DNA of 64,000 nt from Spirochaetia bacterium (GCA_965215345.1 CBDCDL010000001.1:448251-512250); one strand, 5' to 3'. Shown: positions 39,476 to 49,609, numbered from the stretch's first letter. Made by a program: numbers and translations. Notes: generated by a model not told the origin, from the sequence alone.

Positions 39476-40171
39476 TCAGGCCGAGAACGTGCGCGGTCTG
39501 AAGCCCCGCGGGTTGGTGATGCTCGCGCTGCTGCCGGTGGCCCGGATCACGAACAGCCCCTGGCGCGCCGCGTAGCTGTCGGACGCCTCGTCCGCCTTCA
39601 GGTAGGCCACCGCTGCGTACACCGTGCTCCCCCGATACCGCGGCATCAGGTCGGTGAACTCCTGCATCCGGCTCACGAAGTGGTCGACCTGGCGCACCTT
39701 GAGCGTGGTCTTGACCTCGACCACCACCACCTCGGCGCCGTTGACGGCGAGGATGTCGAACTCCCAGCTCCGCTCCCCGCGATGTCGGACGTTGGTAAGC
39801 GTGTGTTCGACCTCGATGCCGCGCTCCTTGAGCAATTCGATCAGGTCGCCCTCCACGAGCGCCTCCATCAGCTTGCCCCACTGACCGTTGAACAGTTCGT
39901 CGAGCCCGCGGAAACGCCGGTCGGCCTCCTTCGCGCGTTGGTCGGCCTCCTGCGCCTGTCGCTTCAGCAGTTGATCGGTCTCCTGCAGGTGCCGACGAGT
40001 CTCCTGCATGCGCCGATCGGTCTCTCGCTGACTTTCGGACAACTCGCGCAGTATGCTCCAGATTTCCTGGGGAGTTGCCGGAGGACGGTGTTCGCCGTTG
40101 CCGTGGTCGTCCTGGTCAGACAAGGGGGTCTCCGATACCGCGAACGTAGCGGTTCCCGTCCCGTCCGGCAA
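39476..40171 (-). CDS. PD-(D/E)xK nuclease-fold protein with an N-terminal coiled-coil region
   Basis: Gln/Glu/Arg-rich heptad-like N-terminus. The core EFDILAVNGAEVVVVEVKTTL fits an E...D...EVK restriction-endonuclease-like motif. Confidence 0.45.
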   Translation of the reverse strand: MPDGTGTATFAVSETPLSDQDDHGNGEHRPPATPQEIWSILRELSESQRETDRRMQETRRHLQETDQLLKRQAQEADQRAKEADRRFRGLDELFNGQWGKLMEALVEGDLIELLKERGIEVEHTLTNVRHRGERSWEFDILAVNGAEVVVVEVKTTLKVRQVDHFVSRMQEFTDLMPRYRGSTVYAAVAYLKADEASDSYAARQGLFVIRATGSSASITNPRGFRPRTFSA

Positions 40172-40205
40172 GCCTGGAGGTCGCGGGTAGCTCCCGCCTG
40201 CGCGG

Positions 40206-40592
40206 TCACCAGACCATGTCGGCGCCGAGCGCCCCGATCGCGGGATCGGGCGTCGCGACCTTGATCTTCTGGACGATGGCCTGCGCGGCGATCATCCGGT
40301 CGAAGGGATCGCGGTGAAGGTGGGGGAGGGAGCCTGCGCGCAACGCATGCGCGCCGGCGATGGTCAGTTGGCGAAAGCCGTCCTGAGCCAACCGGTCGTC
40401 CCACTCCTCGATGACGTGGCTGCCGGCCGGGTAGTGTCCCAGCCGGTGTCGCGTGGCGATCTCCCAGGCGCTCGCGGCGCTGACCCACACCTTGTTGTGC
40501 GGGTCCTCCAGCAGTCCGCGGACACGGCCGCTGAGCCTGTCGGGATCCGCCCACGTCCACAGCAGGGTGCAGGTGTCCAGCAGGAGCCTCAT
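40206..40592 (-). CDS. vapC: PIN-domain toxin VapC
   Basis: MRLLLDTCTLLW... start with acidic PIN residues. A 4-nt overlap links it to the upstream antitoxin gene. Confidence 0.7.
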   Translation of the reverse strand: MRLLLDTCTLLWTWADPDRLSGRVRGLLEDPHNKVWVSAASAWEIATRHRLGHYPAGSHVIEEWDDRLAQDGFRQLTIAGAHALRAGSLPHLHRDPFDRMIAAQAIVQKIKVATPDPAIGALGADMVW

Positions 40593-40828
40593 CCACCCCC
40601 GTCCCAGGCCGCGAGCTCGGCTTCGTCGAGCGGCTTCAGGAACGAGTCGGGCACCGCGCCGTCGCGGTCGCGATGGCGGCCCAGCTCTCGCGGAGGAGGC
40701 TCCTGGAGCGGCACGAGCCGCACGCAGCGCACGCCCGCCTTGGCGATCACGATCTCCTCGCCGGCGAACGCCCGGTCGACCAGTCGGGCGAGCTGCGGCA
40801 CGGCCTCGTGCACGTTCAGCATCGTCAT
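40589..40828 (-). CDS. Phd/YefM-type antitoxin
   Basis: MTMLNVHEAVPQLARLVDRAFAGEEIVIAKAGVRCVRLVPL is a typical prevent-host-death family N-terminus. Confidence 0.6.
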   Translation of the reverse strand: MTMLNVHEAVPQLARLVDRAFAGEEIVIAKAGVRCVRLVPLQEPPPRELGRHRDRDGAVPDSFLKPLDEAELAAWDGGG

Positions 40829-41128
40829 GCCGGCAGCATAGCGCGCCTCGATCGGTCGGTCGACGAATTTCCGTTGCACCGGATCCTGGTGATTCGGGAC
40901 GGCCGTATCGTCGAGGACGGCACGGACCGGCAACTGCTCGAACGGGGCAGCCTGTACCGCGGGATGTTCACGGCCAGGCCGATTGGTACGAGCGATGCTG
41001 ACGGCAGCCTGCGGCTCGGAGTCGCGGTCCCGGAACGGTCGTTTGGTCGTTGCGCGCGGTCGGGGGATGGGCGATGATCCGGCCATCCCGGGATCGGGCG
41101 ATCGCCCGGTAACGACAAGGAGAGAGCG

Positions 41129-41641
41129 ATGGGCTTTGGAAAGGGCGCGGTCGTCGTGTTGGCCGCGGCGATGGTGATGGTGGCGGCTCAAGCCGCAACG
41201 GCAGACGAGAGCGGGACGTTCCGTTCACTGAGAAGTTACCATTATGACTATGGAACCGTCGATCACGGTGGGCGGACGTTCACCGGAGGGGTGATCACGG
41301 GAACCGGGACGATCATCGAGAGCAGTGGCGGGCCGTTCTTCGAAGGGGCGAACCATTACTCGCAGTGCCTGGTGTTCTCCAGCAGCGTGGATGGCTCCCT
41401 GTCGCTTCTTGAGGCGCCATGTACCGACACCGACACGTCCGGGGATATCCTCTACTCGCGCGCCGTGAGAAGGGAGGGCGATGTGGGCGCCCGCGGCGGT
41501 GGCGTGGGTGTCTGGGAACTGCTGGGCGGCACCGGCAAGTACAAAGGCATCACCGGGACCTGCTCGTACGAAACCGAATACCTGGTAGGCGGCGTCGTGG
41601 TGGCGATGGCCGACTGCACCTGGAGCAACGGCTTGGGGTGA
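41129..41641 (+). CDS. Secreted Gly/Thr-rich hypothetical protein (signal peptide, 4 Cys), intact copy
   Basis: Signal peptide AMVMVAAQAATA. A decayed duplicate of this gene lies at 46244. Confidence 0.5.
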   Translation: MGFGKGAVVVLAAAMVMVAAQAATADESGTFRSLRSYHYDYGTVDHGGRTFTGGVITGTGTIIESSGGPFFEGANHYSQCLVFSSSVDGSLSLLEAPCTDTDTSGDILYSRAVRREGDVGARGGGVGVWELLGGTGKYKGITGTCSYETEYLVGGVVVAMADCTWSNGLG

Positions 41642-41799
41642 GCTCCGACCCTTGATGGGCGTGGTCAGGCAACCCCACACGATCCTGGTGGGCGACGACG
41701 AGCCGCCGATCCGGCAACGGATGCGACGCGACGTCCGCGCCGGCAAGTACAGCGAGCTTGGGTCTGTATCGTTCAACCGCGCGGTAGTACGCTGAAGGC

Positions 41800-42285
41800 G
41801 TGAGGACGATGAGGCATGACGTGACGCGAACGGTGCTGCTGATGCTGTTCCTGATGGTGAGCGCCGCGGCGTGGGCGCAGGAAGGGGGCGGTGTCGAGTG
41901 GGAACCGCTGGCCGGCGCTGGCGGGGTAATAGCGCTTGGAGTGGGGATGATGTTCAAGCTCCTGTCGAGGCAGGACAGGCTGGAAGCCAAGCTGAACGAG
42001 GTGAACAAGACGCTGACCGCCGATATAGGCGAGGTGCGCAAGACGCTGACCGCTCACAGCGAGCGTTTGGTGAGGATCGAGGAGACCACGAAGGCCAACT
42101 CCGCGAAGATCGGCGAGTTGAGCGCCGACACGGCAGATCTGCGCGCAGAGGTGGGCAAGGTGCGGGAGACACAGGCGATCCATGGCGAACGCCTGTCGTG
42201 GATCGAGGGGGCCGTAGATCGAAGGCTGAAGCCATCGCGCTCCGAAGAGCCGCTCCGGCGAGGAGCCGCAGAGATCAGCCGTTGA
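41800..42285 (+). CDS. Signal-peptide/TM + coiled-coil protein containing two 33-bp (11-aa) KTLTA-IGE-R repeats, intact copy
   Basis: N-terminus RTVLLMLFLMVSAAAWAQ, then a TM segment, then the heptad-like LNEVNKTLTADIGEVRKTLTAHSERL. A decayed copy with four repeat units lies at 46648-47144. Confidence 0.5.
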   Translation: MRTMRHDVTRTVLLMLFLMVSAAAWAQEGGGVEWEPLAGAGGVIALGVGMMFKLLSRQDRLEAKLNEVNKTLTADIGEVRKTLTAHSERLVRIEETTKANSAKIGELSADTADLRAEVGKVRETQAIHGERLSWIEGAVDRRLKPSRSEEPLRRGAAEISR

Positions 42286-42495
42286 TTGGTCAGGATCTGT
42301 TCGGAGGACGAGGCGGTTTCCTTTTAGTTCGTGCATGTGTTGTAGCCGGGGAGGGAGTTCTATGGCTCAAGAGGTCACGGCGCGCCTTGAGTCCTTGTTA
42401 AGAACGCGGCGTCTTTATGTGGTGCCGGCCATGCAGATTCGAGAGTCGGGAGTAAATCAGTGCTGTAGCCTCACCTCGAAAGACTCTCGTGGGAC

Positions 42496-44343
42496 GTGAT
42501 GCAAGCGCGATCTGATCGTCGCCGCTTCGACGGGGACCGCTATGGACTCCTGCGCGGAACCTGGATCGTGTTTCAGGACGCGCCGCTGGCCGCCGTGATC
42601 CGTGCCGTGGTGACGCTGTCGGCCGGCGCGGCGACCGGCCCGCTGTTGGTGCTGGCGACCGAGCGCTTCGTCGCCACGGCGCTCGAAGTCGCCCGAGGTC
42701 AACTCGCGATGGCAGCCATCACCGTGCCGGTCATCGCGCTGGCCGCGCTGTTCGCGGTGGAAATCCTCGAAAGCGTAGTCCGTTCGCTGATGGACTCCCG
42801 GATCGAAGCCGGCCTGCGGAGCGGCTTTCGAGCCGATCTGACCGAGAAGCGGGCGCGCTTGGAGTACCGCTACATCGAGTATCAGGAGACGTGGGACCTG
42901 CTGCGCCGTGTCTCGTCTGGTCCTCAGATGGAATCGGAGTCAGCGCCCGAGCGGGGACCCGTGAAGCAGGCATTCGACGACGGAATCGGTCTGGCAGCTA
43001 TCGCCGTGCGTGTGGTCGGCATCGCCGCCGTGCTGGCACGATTGGGGTGGTGGATCGTCCCCGTCGCGATGGCGATTATGGGTCTGTACGTGCTGCTCGG
43101 AATCAGGGGCGGGCGCCGCCTCTACGAGTTCGAGCGCCGCGCGGCGAGCCGGCGACGTCGCGCCGACTACTTGTCGGACGAGGTGCTTCAGGCGAGAGAG
43201 GCCGCCGCGGAGCGGGGACTGTTCGGCTATGCAGGCTATCTGAACGCACGCTGGCGGGCCGTGTACGTCGGCGTGGTCAGGTCGGGCGTCCTGGTGAACA
43301 TCCGCAACTGGATCCGCTTCAAGGGCGCGGCCTTGCCGGCGATCGCCCTGGTCATCGCTGCCATGCTGGCGCTGCTTCGACCCCTGCAGGTGGGCGTGAT
43401 CGATGTCGCCTTCTACGTCGCGTCGGTCATGGCGCTCCTGCAAGCGGAACGTCTGGTTACGATGGAGTTGGTACTGATCACCCAGCGCCTTTCCCAGCAC
43501 CGGGAGTTCTTCGTCGACCTGACGGAGTTTTCGGCGATGGCCGATACGCCGCGCCCGCTCACGCGGCGCACACCGGAGTTGACCTTCAGATCGATCGAAT
43601 TCGCCGGAGTGAGCTTCACCTATCCCGGCACCGAGCAGCCCGTCCTCAGAGAGATCAGCTTCGTGCTGGAGGCCGGCCACCACTACGCGCTGGTGGGCGC
43701 CAACGGATCGGGCAAGTCGACCATCGCCAAGCTGATGCTCGGTCTCTACCGCCCCGACGACGGGCGGATCCTGATCAACGGAAGCGCGATCACGGAGTGG
43801 TCGCAAGATGCCGTGAACGGGCTGTTCGGCGTCGTGTTCCAGGACTTCGCGCGCTACTCGCTGACGGTCCGTGACAACATCGAGGTCGCAGTTTCCGGCC
43901 GCCTGGACGATGCCACGGTGCGGGCGAGCTTGGCGCGCGCCGGCCTGTCCGATGACTTCGTCCGGCGGCTCCCGCAGGGATACGACACGCCCCTCGGCAA
44001 GGTACTGCGTGGCGGCGTGGACGTGTCCGGCGGCGAGTGGCAGCGCCTTGCCATGGCCCGTTCGCTGGCCGGCGAGGCTCCGGTGCGCATTCTGGACGAG
44101 CCGACGGCCGCCCTGGATCCGCTGGCCGAGAGCGAGCTGTATCGGTCCTACTCCCGCATCGCAGCCGGACTCACGACGCTGTTCATCAGCCATCGCCTGG
44201 GCTCGACCAAGATCGCGGACCGGATCCTGGTGATCGACGGCGGTGCGATCGTCGAGTCCGGCAGCCACGAGGAGTTGATGAGGCACGATGGCCTGTATGG
44301 GCGGATGTTCGCGGCGCAGAGGCACTGGTATGAGACCGGGTAG
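42496..44343 (+). CDS. ABC exporter, fused permease + ATP-binding subunit (type I exporter fold), subunit 1
   Basis: Six-TM N-terminal half. The C-terminal nucleotide-binding domain has Walker A GANGSGKST, signature SGGEWQR and Walker B ILDEPT. Confidence 0.85.
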   Translation: MMQARSDRRRFDGDRYGLLRGTWIVFQDAPLAAVIRAVVTLSAGAATGPLLVLATERFVATALEVARGQLAMAAITVPVIALAALFAVEILESVVRSLMDSRIEAGLRSGFRADLTEKRARLEYRYIEYQETWDLLRRVSSGPQMESESAPERGPVKQAFDDGIGLAAIAVRVVGIAAVLARLGWWIVPVAMAIMGLYVLLGIRGGRRLYEFERRAASRRRRADYLSDEVLQAREAAAERGLFGYAGYLNARWRAVYVGVVRSGVLVNIRNWIRFKGAALPAIALVIAAMLALLRPLQVGVIDVAFYVASVMALLQAERLVTMELVLITQRLSQHREFFVDLTEFSAMADTPRPLTRRTPELTFRSIEFAGVSFTYPGTEQPVLREISFVLEAGHHYALVGANGSGKSTIAKLMLGLYRPDDGRILINGSAITEWSQDAVNGLFGVVFQDFARYSLTVRDNIEVAVSGRLDDATVRASLARAGLSDDFVRRLPQGYDTPLGKVLRGGVDVSGGEWQRLAMARSLAGEAPVRILDEPTAALDPLAESELYRSYSRIAAGLTTLFISHRLGSTKIADRILVIDGGAIVESGSHEELMRHDGLYGRMFAAQRHWYETG

Positions 44344-44364
44344 CCGGACTTCGTAGGTATCGGC

Positions 44365-46179
44365 ATGGGAAACGTGGACCTCTCGGCCCCGGGAGCCGCT
44401 GGTATGAGACCGAATGGCCGCCCTCCGTATGTCCGGCTCCTCGCCAAAGTGATTTCCTTGGTCGGCCGCAGGGCGCCGTTCCCGTTGCTTGCCATGGTGG
44501 TCGTCGACCTGACGCTCATGGGCGCGAACATATTGGTGTTCCATCTGCTGGAAGGCGTCCTGTCGCAACTGACCGGCCACCAACGGGTGAGTCAGCTCGC
44601 CGGAGCCATTCTCGTCGCCGGAGCCGTGATCCTGCTCCGAGAGGTGCTGGAGATGGTGGCGGACCCTATTGCGGCGTACGTGTGGGGAAAGACCATCGCG
44701 GTGCTGACCGAAGCCATGAACCAGAAGGTCTCCCGCCTGGAGGTCATCGACCTCGAGACCTTGGACGCGAACGAGCGCATGGAGCTGGCCCAAGCCGGGA
44801 CAGAGGCAGCGATCTCGTTGCTGTTGTCCTTTCTGTTTCCGGTCTTCCAGGTCGCATTCTTTGCGGCCGCAGCGATCTATCTGTATTCGCTCTCTCCCCT
44901 GTTGGCCCTGGTCATTCCCCTCACGTTCGTGCCTCGCATTGCGAGTCATCTCGTTCGCGGCAGTCGCTACTATCGGCTCGAGCGTAAGACGGTGCCGATG
45001 CTCCGCGAGTTTCAGTATCTGGAGCGCTGTCTGACGGATCGCGAGTACTTCAAGGAGACGCGTGTCCTGGGAGCCGGGTCTCGTCTGGCGGAGCGGTACC
45101 GAAGGACACTACGCCGCTTCAGCATGGAACGATGGCGTGAAGATCTCCGCATCGGCAGCATCGATCTTGGACTGAGCGTCCTGGTGTTGCTCGGTTACGG
45201 GGGCTGCTTCGTGCTGGCGGCGTTCCTGCTGGCGAACGGGAGCATCGGTGTCGGCGGATTCGCCGTGGTCATCTACGCGGTAAGCCGGCTCATGCTCATG
45301 ACCCGTGTCGTGATGGACATGTTCGGGCAGTCGTACCGCGCCAGTGCGACCGCCTCCCATCTGTTCGAGTTCCTCGAGCGGGACGAAGGCAGGCCTCCGG
45401 GTGGTCGCGCCCGAGAGGTGGCCGGGACCGTGACCGCTCGTAAGGTGTCATTCACCTATCCGGGAACGGACACGGCCGCCGTCGACGACGTGAGCGTGGA
45501 CCTCGCGCCCGGCACCACCGTGGCGCTGGTCGGCGCCAACGGCGCCGGCAAGACGACGCTGGCCAAGCTGCTCCTGGGGCTCTACGTCCCGAGCCGCGGC
45601 GACATGCTGCGCGGGACCGTCAACACCAGGGACGCGACCCGAAACGAAGTCCGCGAGCGTACCTCCGCGGTGTTCCAGAACTTCCAACGCTACCAGATGA
45701 CGCTCCGGGACAATGTCATCCTGTCGGACGTGAGCCGCGCGGAGGACGAGCAGGCGGTGACCCGGGCGCTCGAACGCGGCGGGGTGCCCGCGGAGCTGTG
45801 GCAGGGAGAAGAAGGACTCGACCTGATGCTGTCCCGCGAGTTCGGGACACGCGACCTGTCGCTCGGGCAGTGGCAGCGGGTGGCGATCGCCCGCGGGCTG
45901 TTCCGGGAGCACGACGTGATCCTGCTCGACGAGCCGACCGCCTCGATCGACCCCCTGGAGGAGCAGGCGCTGTACGAGCGGTTCATGGAGATCGCCGCCG
46001 GCCGCACCGCGATCCTGGTCACGCACCGACTGGGCTCGGCACGGCTGGCGGACCGCATCCTGGTGATGCAGGACGGACGGATCGTGGAGGACGGCGCGCA
46101 CGAGCAACTGCTCGAACGGCGGGGGCTTTACCACGAGATGTTCACCGCCCAAGCCGGCTGGTACGAGCGAGGCCGGTAG
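44365..46179 (+). CDS. ABC exporter, fused permease + ATP-binding subunit, subunit 2 (probable heterodimer partner)
   Basis: Nucleotide-binding motifs GANGAGKTT, LSLGQWQR and LLDEPTASID. Confidence 0.85.
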   Translation: MGNVDLSAPGAAGMRPNGRPPYVRLLAKVISLVGRRAPFPLLAMVVVDLTLMGANILVFHLLEGVLSQLTGHQRVSQLAGAILVAGAVILLREVLEMVADPIAAYVWGKTIAVLTEAMNQKVSRLEVIDLETLDANERMELAQAGTEAAISLLLSFLFPVFQVAFFAAAAIYLYSLSPLLALVIPLTFVPRIASHLVRGSRYYRLERKTVPMLREFQYLERCLTDREYFKETRVLGAGSRLAERYRRTLRRFSMERWREDLRIGSIDLGLSVLVLLGYGGCFVLAAFLLANGSIGVGGFAVVIYAVSRLMLMTRVVMDMFGQSYRASATASHLFEFLERDEGRPPGGRAREVAGTVTARKVSFTYPGTDTAAVDDVSVDLAPGTTVALVGANGAGKTTLAKLLLGLYVPSRGDMLRGTVNTRDATRNEVRERTSAVFQNFQRYQMTLRDNVILSDVSRAEDEQAVTRALERGGVPAELWQGEEGLDLMLSREFGTRDLSLGQWQRVAIARGLFREHDVILLDEPTASIDPLEEQALYERFMEIAAGRTAILVTHRLGSARLADRILVMQDGRIVEDGAHEQLLERRGLYHEMFTAQAGWYERGR

Positions 46180-46243
46180 TTGCGCGCAGCCGCGTTATCG
46201 ACGAAGACCGGGCGGCCGACCTGATCTCGGCAGGAGGGAGCAC

Positions 46244-47144
46244 ATGCGCTTCGGGAAGGCTGCGGCGGCCACGCTGACCGCAGCGATGGTGATGGTGGCG
46301 GCTCAGGCCGCAATGGCAGACGAGAGCGGGACGTTCCGTTCACTGAGAAGCTACCACTATGACTATGGAACCGTCGATCACGGTGGGCGGACGTTCACCG
46401 GAGGGGTGATCACGGAACCGGGACGATCATCGAGAGCAGTGGCGGGCCGTTCTTCGAAGGGGCGAACCATTACTCGCAGTGCCTGGTGTTCTCCAGCAGC
46501 GTGGATGGCTCCCTGTCGCTTCTTGAGGCGCCATGTACCGACACCGACACGTCCGGGGACGATGAGGCGTGACGTGACGCGAACGGTGCTGCTGGTGCTG
46601 TTCCTGATGGTGAGTGCGATCCGGCAACGTGGCTGTGGGCGCAGCTGATGCTGTTCCTGATGGTGAGCGCCGCGGCGTGGGCGCAGGAAGGGGGCGGTGT
46701 CGAGTGGGAACCGCTGGCCGGCGCCGGCGGGGTAATAGCGCTTGGAGTGGGGATGATGTTCAAGCTCCTGTCGAGGCAGGACAGGCTCGAAGCCAAGCTG
46801 AACGAGGTGCGCAAGACGTTGACTGCCGAAATAGGCGAGATGCGCAAGACGCTGACCGCCGAAGTAGGCGAGTTGCACAAGACGTTGACCGCCGATATAG
46901 GCGAGATGGCAAGACGCTGACCGCTCACAGCGAGCGCTTGGTGAGGATCGAGGAGACCACGAAGGCCAACTCCGCGAAGATCGGCGAGTTGAGCGCCGAC
47001 ATGGCAGATCTGCGCGCAGAGGTGGGCAAGGTGCGGGAGACACAGGCGATCCATGGCGAACGCCTGTCGTGGATCGAGGGGGCCGTAGATCGAAGGCTGA
47101 AGCCATCGCGCTCCGAAGAGCCGGTCCCGGCGACTCCCGGCTGA
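46244..47144 (+). pseudogene. Decayed direct duplicate of the 41129-42285 two-gene segment (secreted protein + coiled-coil protein), disrupted by 1-nt deletions and an internal ~360-bp deletion
   Basis: 46244-46400 is near-identical to 41129-41290 apart from a 1-nt deletion (ggg to gg). 46648-47144 matches 41830-42285, with the repeat array expanded to four units and a 1-nt deletion that creates a stop. Confidence 0.55.
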
Positions 47145-47238
47145 CCGGCTGGAGGACGGGACGTATCGTGAGCGCTCGTCTTGATGGGAGCACGTTGATG
47201 ATGCAGAGTTCCTGACGGAGAGAGGAGCCGCAGTTTCA

Positions 47239-47625
47239 GTGGAGCTCAGGGAGGAAATCAAGCGGCACGTTCAGGTATGCCTTGAGGCGCTGCGGCGCAA
47301 CGAGCTCGATGAGGAGAGCCTGCGGCGCATCGCGGAGCTGGCCGAACGGCTTGCTGTTGCTGGCGGCCGGCAGAACCTGCTCTATCTGCAAGCCGAGCAG
47401 ACCTCGGTCACGAGCAGGGTGATCGGCATGAGTCTGTTCGTCGACGGCGAGTTCACCGACGGCCCGGACGACCCGGACGACTGGCCGTATCAGACGGTCG
47501 GCGATGCGCTGGCCGATGGCTGGCGGATCGTCAAGTTCCCGGAGATGGCGATCCTGCTCGACGAACGGCGCACCTACGGACTGGGCTGCGAGTTCATCCT
47601 GGAGAAGTGGAGGGAGGCAACATGA
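47239..47625 (+). CDS. Small uncharacterised protein, paralog of 39028..39474, upstream partner of a PhyH gene
   Basis: Shares ...DPDDWPYQTVGDALADGWRIVKFPEMAILLDERRTYGLGCEFILEK. Confidence 0.5.
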   Translation: MELREEIKRHVQVCLEALRRNELDEESLRRIAELAERLAVAGGRQNLLYLQAEQTSVTSRVIGMSLFVDGEFTDGPDDPDDWPYQTVGDALADGWRIVKFPEMAILLDERRTYGLGCEFILEKWREAT

Positions 47626-48481
47626 GGCTGCACGACTGCGAACCGACCATGATCGACACCCAGGTCCTGGAGTTCTGCAAGAAGGGATACCTGACGCTGG
47701 AGGGAGTCGTCGGCGACGACATCAACCGGCGCACGGTCGAGTTCGTGGAGACCAGGGGCAGCGAGCCGAGCGAGATCCTGCAGCAGGACTGGTTCATGGA
47801 CAACGTCATCCTGCAGCCCGACGCCGCCGGGGCGGTCCGCTCCCTGCTCGGCAGGAACTTCGGCCTGCCGGTCCTGGTGAGCAATCACCGGGTCACCTGT
47901 CCCATGCCTCGGCAGCAGTGGCACCGGGACGGCAACTCTCCGCACGGCCCGGCGCTCCGGTACCTGCAGGTCTTCTACTACCCCCAGGCGGTCCCGCGGC
48001 AGATGGGCCCCACGGAGGTGCTGCCCGGCTCCCACTTTCTCTACACCAACGGACAGCTCCCGCAGAACTACATGGGCCACTACGGCGGGATCCGCGGGTC
48101 GCACTACACCACCGCGCCGGCGGGGACGATCTTCCTGACGGTCTACTCGATCTGGCATCGTCGCAGCGCGTCGACCGGCTCCGGGGTCCGCAACAACCTG
48201 AAGTACAACTACTTCCGCACGGCATCCGTGTCGCCGGAGCGGGACTGGATCCGCGAGGACGGCTTCGACTTCGCGACCGCGGACTACGGGTTCGGCGAGC
48301 CGCTCACCTACCGGCAGCAGCACCGGGACACCATCGACAACGCGGAGATGTTCTGCTGGCTGTGCGGCAAGGCCGAAGAGTTCCGCGTCCTGGGCGGTCA
48401 GGGGTGGCCGTGGTACCGAACTCCGACAACCACGCGCTCATCGCGCCGCCGTACGGGGTGCCGGAGGGGCTGGACTCCTAA
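47622..48481 (+). CDS. PhyH-family dioxygenase, probably frameshifted near 48395-48410
   Basis: Good GGGAGG ribosome-binding site and an ATGA overlap with the upstream gene. Blocks WHRDGNSPH...VLPGSHF. The C-terminal ~25 codons continue in another frame (…VAVVPNSDNHALIAPPYGVPEGLDS*). Confidence 0.55.
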
Positions 48482-49302
48482 GTCCAGGCGGTCGATCTTG
48501 GCAGCGTCCCCCCGTGTCCGTCGCGGCGGACCGGGACCGGCGTGGCCTTCAGCTCCCGGATGAGCTCGATCAGGCCCTCGACGGCCGCTTCCAGGAACAG
48601 CTCACCCTTCTCCTTCGTCGCCTTCGTCGCGTCTCCCATCACGCCGCTGGCCGTGAGGCTGCTCCAGTGGGGCATGAGGCGGGCGGCCGACCCCTGTGGG
48701 TGCGCGCCCTCCAGCAGGTCGATGCTGAAGCTCGGCGGCAGCGGCGTCCGCTCGTCCACGGCCTTTGACATGTCGACCAAGTCGGGCTCCAGCGCCAAGT
48801 AGAGCGATGTCTCGTACTCGCCGGCGTGTGCGGCGCCGTTGAAGTCGGAGTCCCGCAGGTTCAGCGCCACATCCTTCACGCGCCGCAGGTCCCAGTGGCT
48901 GGCGAAGGCGCAGAGGATGCGGCTTTCGTATTCCACGTTCGCAAGGCGCGCCGCCATGTCGAGGGGCGATGCGTTGCTGCCGTGCCCGTTGATGATCAGG
49001 ATGCGCGCGAAGCCCTGGTGGGCCAGGCTGCAGCACACGTCCCTCACGTAGCGGATGAACGTGTCCCAGCCGATGGTGAGCGTGCCCGGGTAGTCCATGT
49101 GGTGCGGGCTGTAGCCGTGCGGCACGGCCGGCACCAGGATGGCCTCCCGCGGGATCCGGGACACGGCGCGGTCGCAGATGCGGGTCGCCAGCACGACGTC
49201 GGTGTCGACCGGCAGGTGCGCGCCGTGGTCTTCGTAGGTTGCCACGGGCAGGACGGCCACGCGATCCTGCCGGGCGGCGTCCCTGACCTCGTGCATGGTC
49301 AT
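48478..49302 (-). CDS. Creatininase-family amidohydrolase
   Basis: Blocks AVLPVATYEDHGAHLPVDTD..., HGYSPHHMDYPGT and ILIINGHGSN. Confidence 0.65.
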   Translation of the reverse strand: MTMHEVRDAARQDRVAVLPVATYEDHGAHLPVDTDVVLATRICDRAVSRIPREAILVPAVPHGYSPHHMDYPGTLTIGWDTFIRYVRDVCCSLAHQGFARILIINGHGSNASPLDMAARLANVEYESRILCAFASHWDLRRVKDVALNLRDSDFNGAAHAGEYETSLYLALEPDLVDMSKAVDERTPLPPSFSIDLLEGAHPQGSAARLMPHWSSLTASGVMGDATKATKEKGELFLEAAVEGLIELIRELKATPVPVRRDGHGGTLPRSTAWT

Positions 49303-49609
49303 CTGGGCGAAGCGGTATTTCACGGTGAGATCCCCCGGTCGCGGATGATTCCCGGTTCGGTCCGTGACGCGCAATCCCATGGATTCCCGGTTCCCAGGGC
49401 GGCGCCGTTGGACTGCACGCCGGCCAAGTGAGCGGGGCGAAGGCGGCGCCGGTACGGTCGTGGCGGTGGCCGATCATGCAAGGTCGGGGCGCGGGTCGCC
49501 GACGTGGGCGGCGTAGTAGAGGGGCAGGAAGGTGAGCCGCTGTTCCGGCAGGCGGGCGTAGGGTTCGGAGTACAGGACCGTCCCGTGCGGACATCTGCTC
49601 GCTGCCGGG

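Noticed and set aside
42940-44949. 669-aa minus-strand ORF across both ABC exporter genes
   Set aside because: Antisense to genes with unambiguous Walker and signature motifs, and the composition is artefactual.
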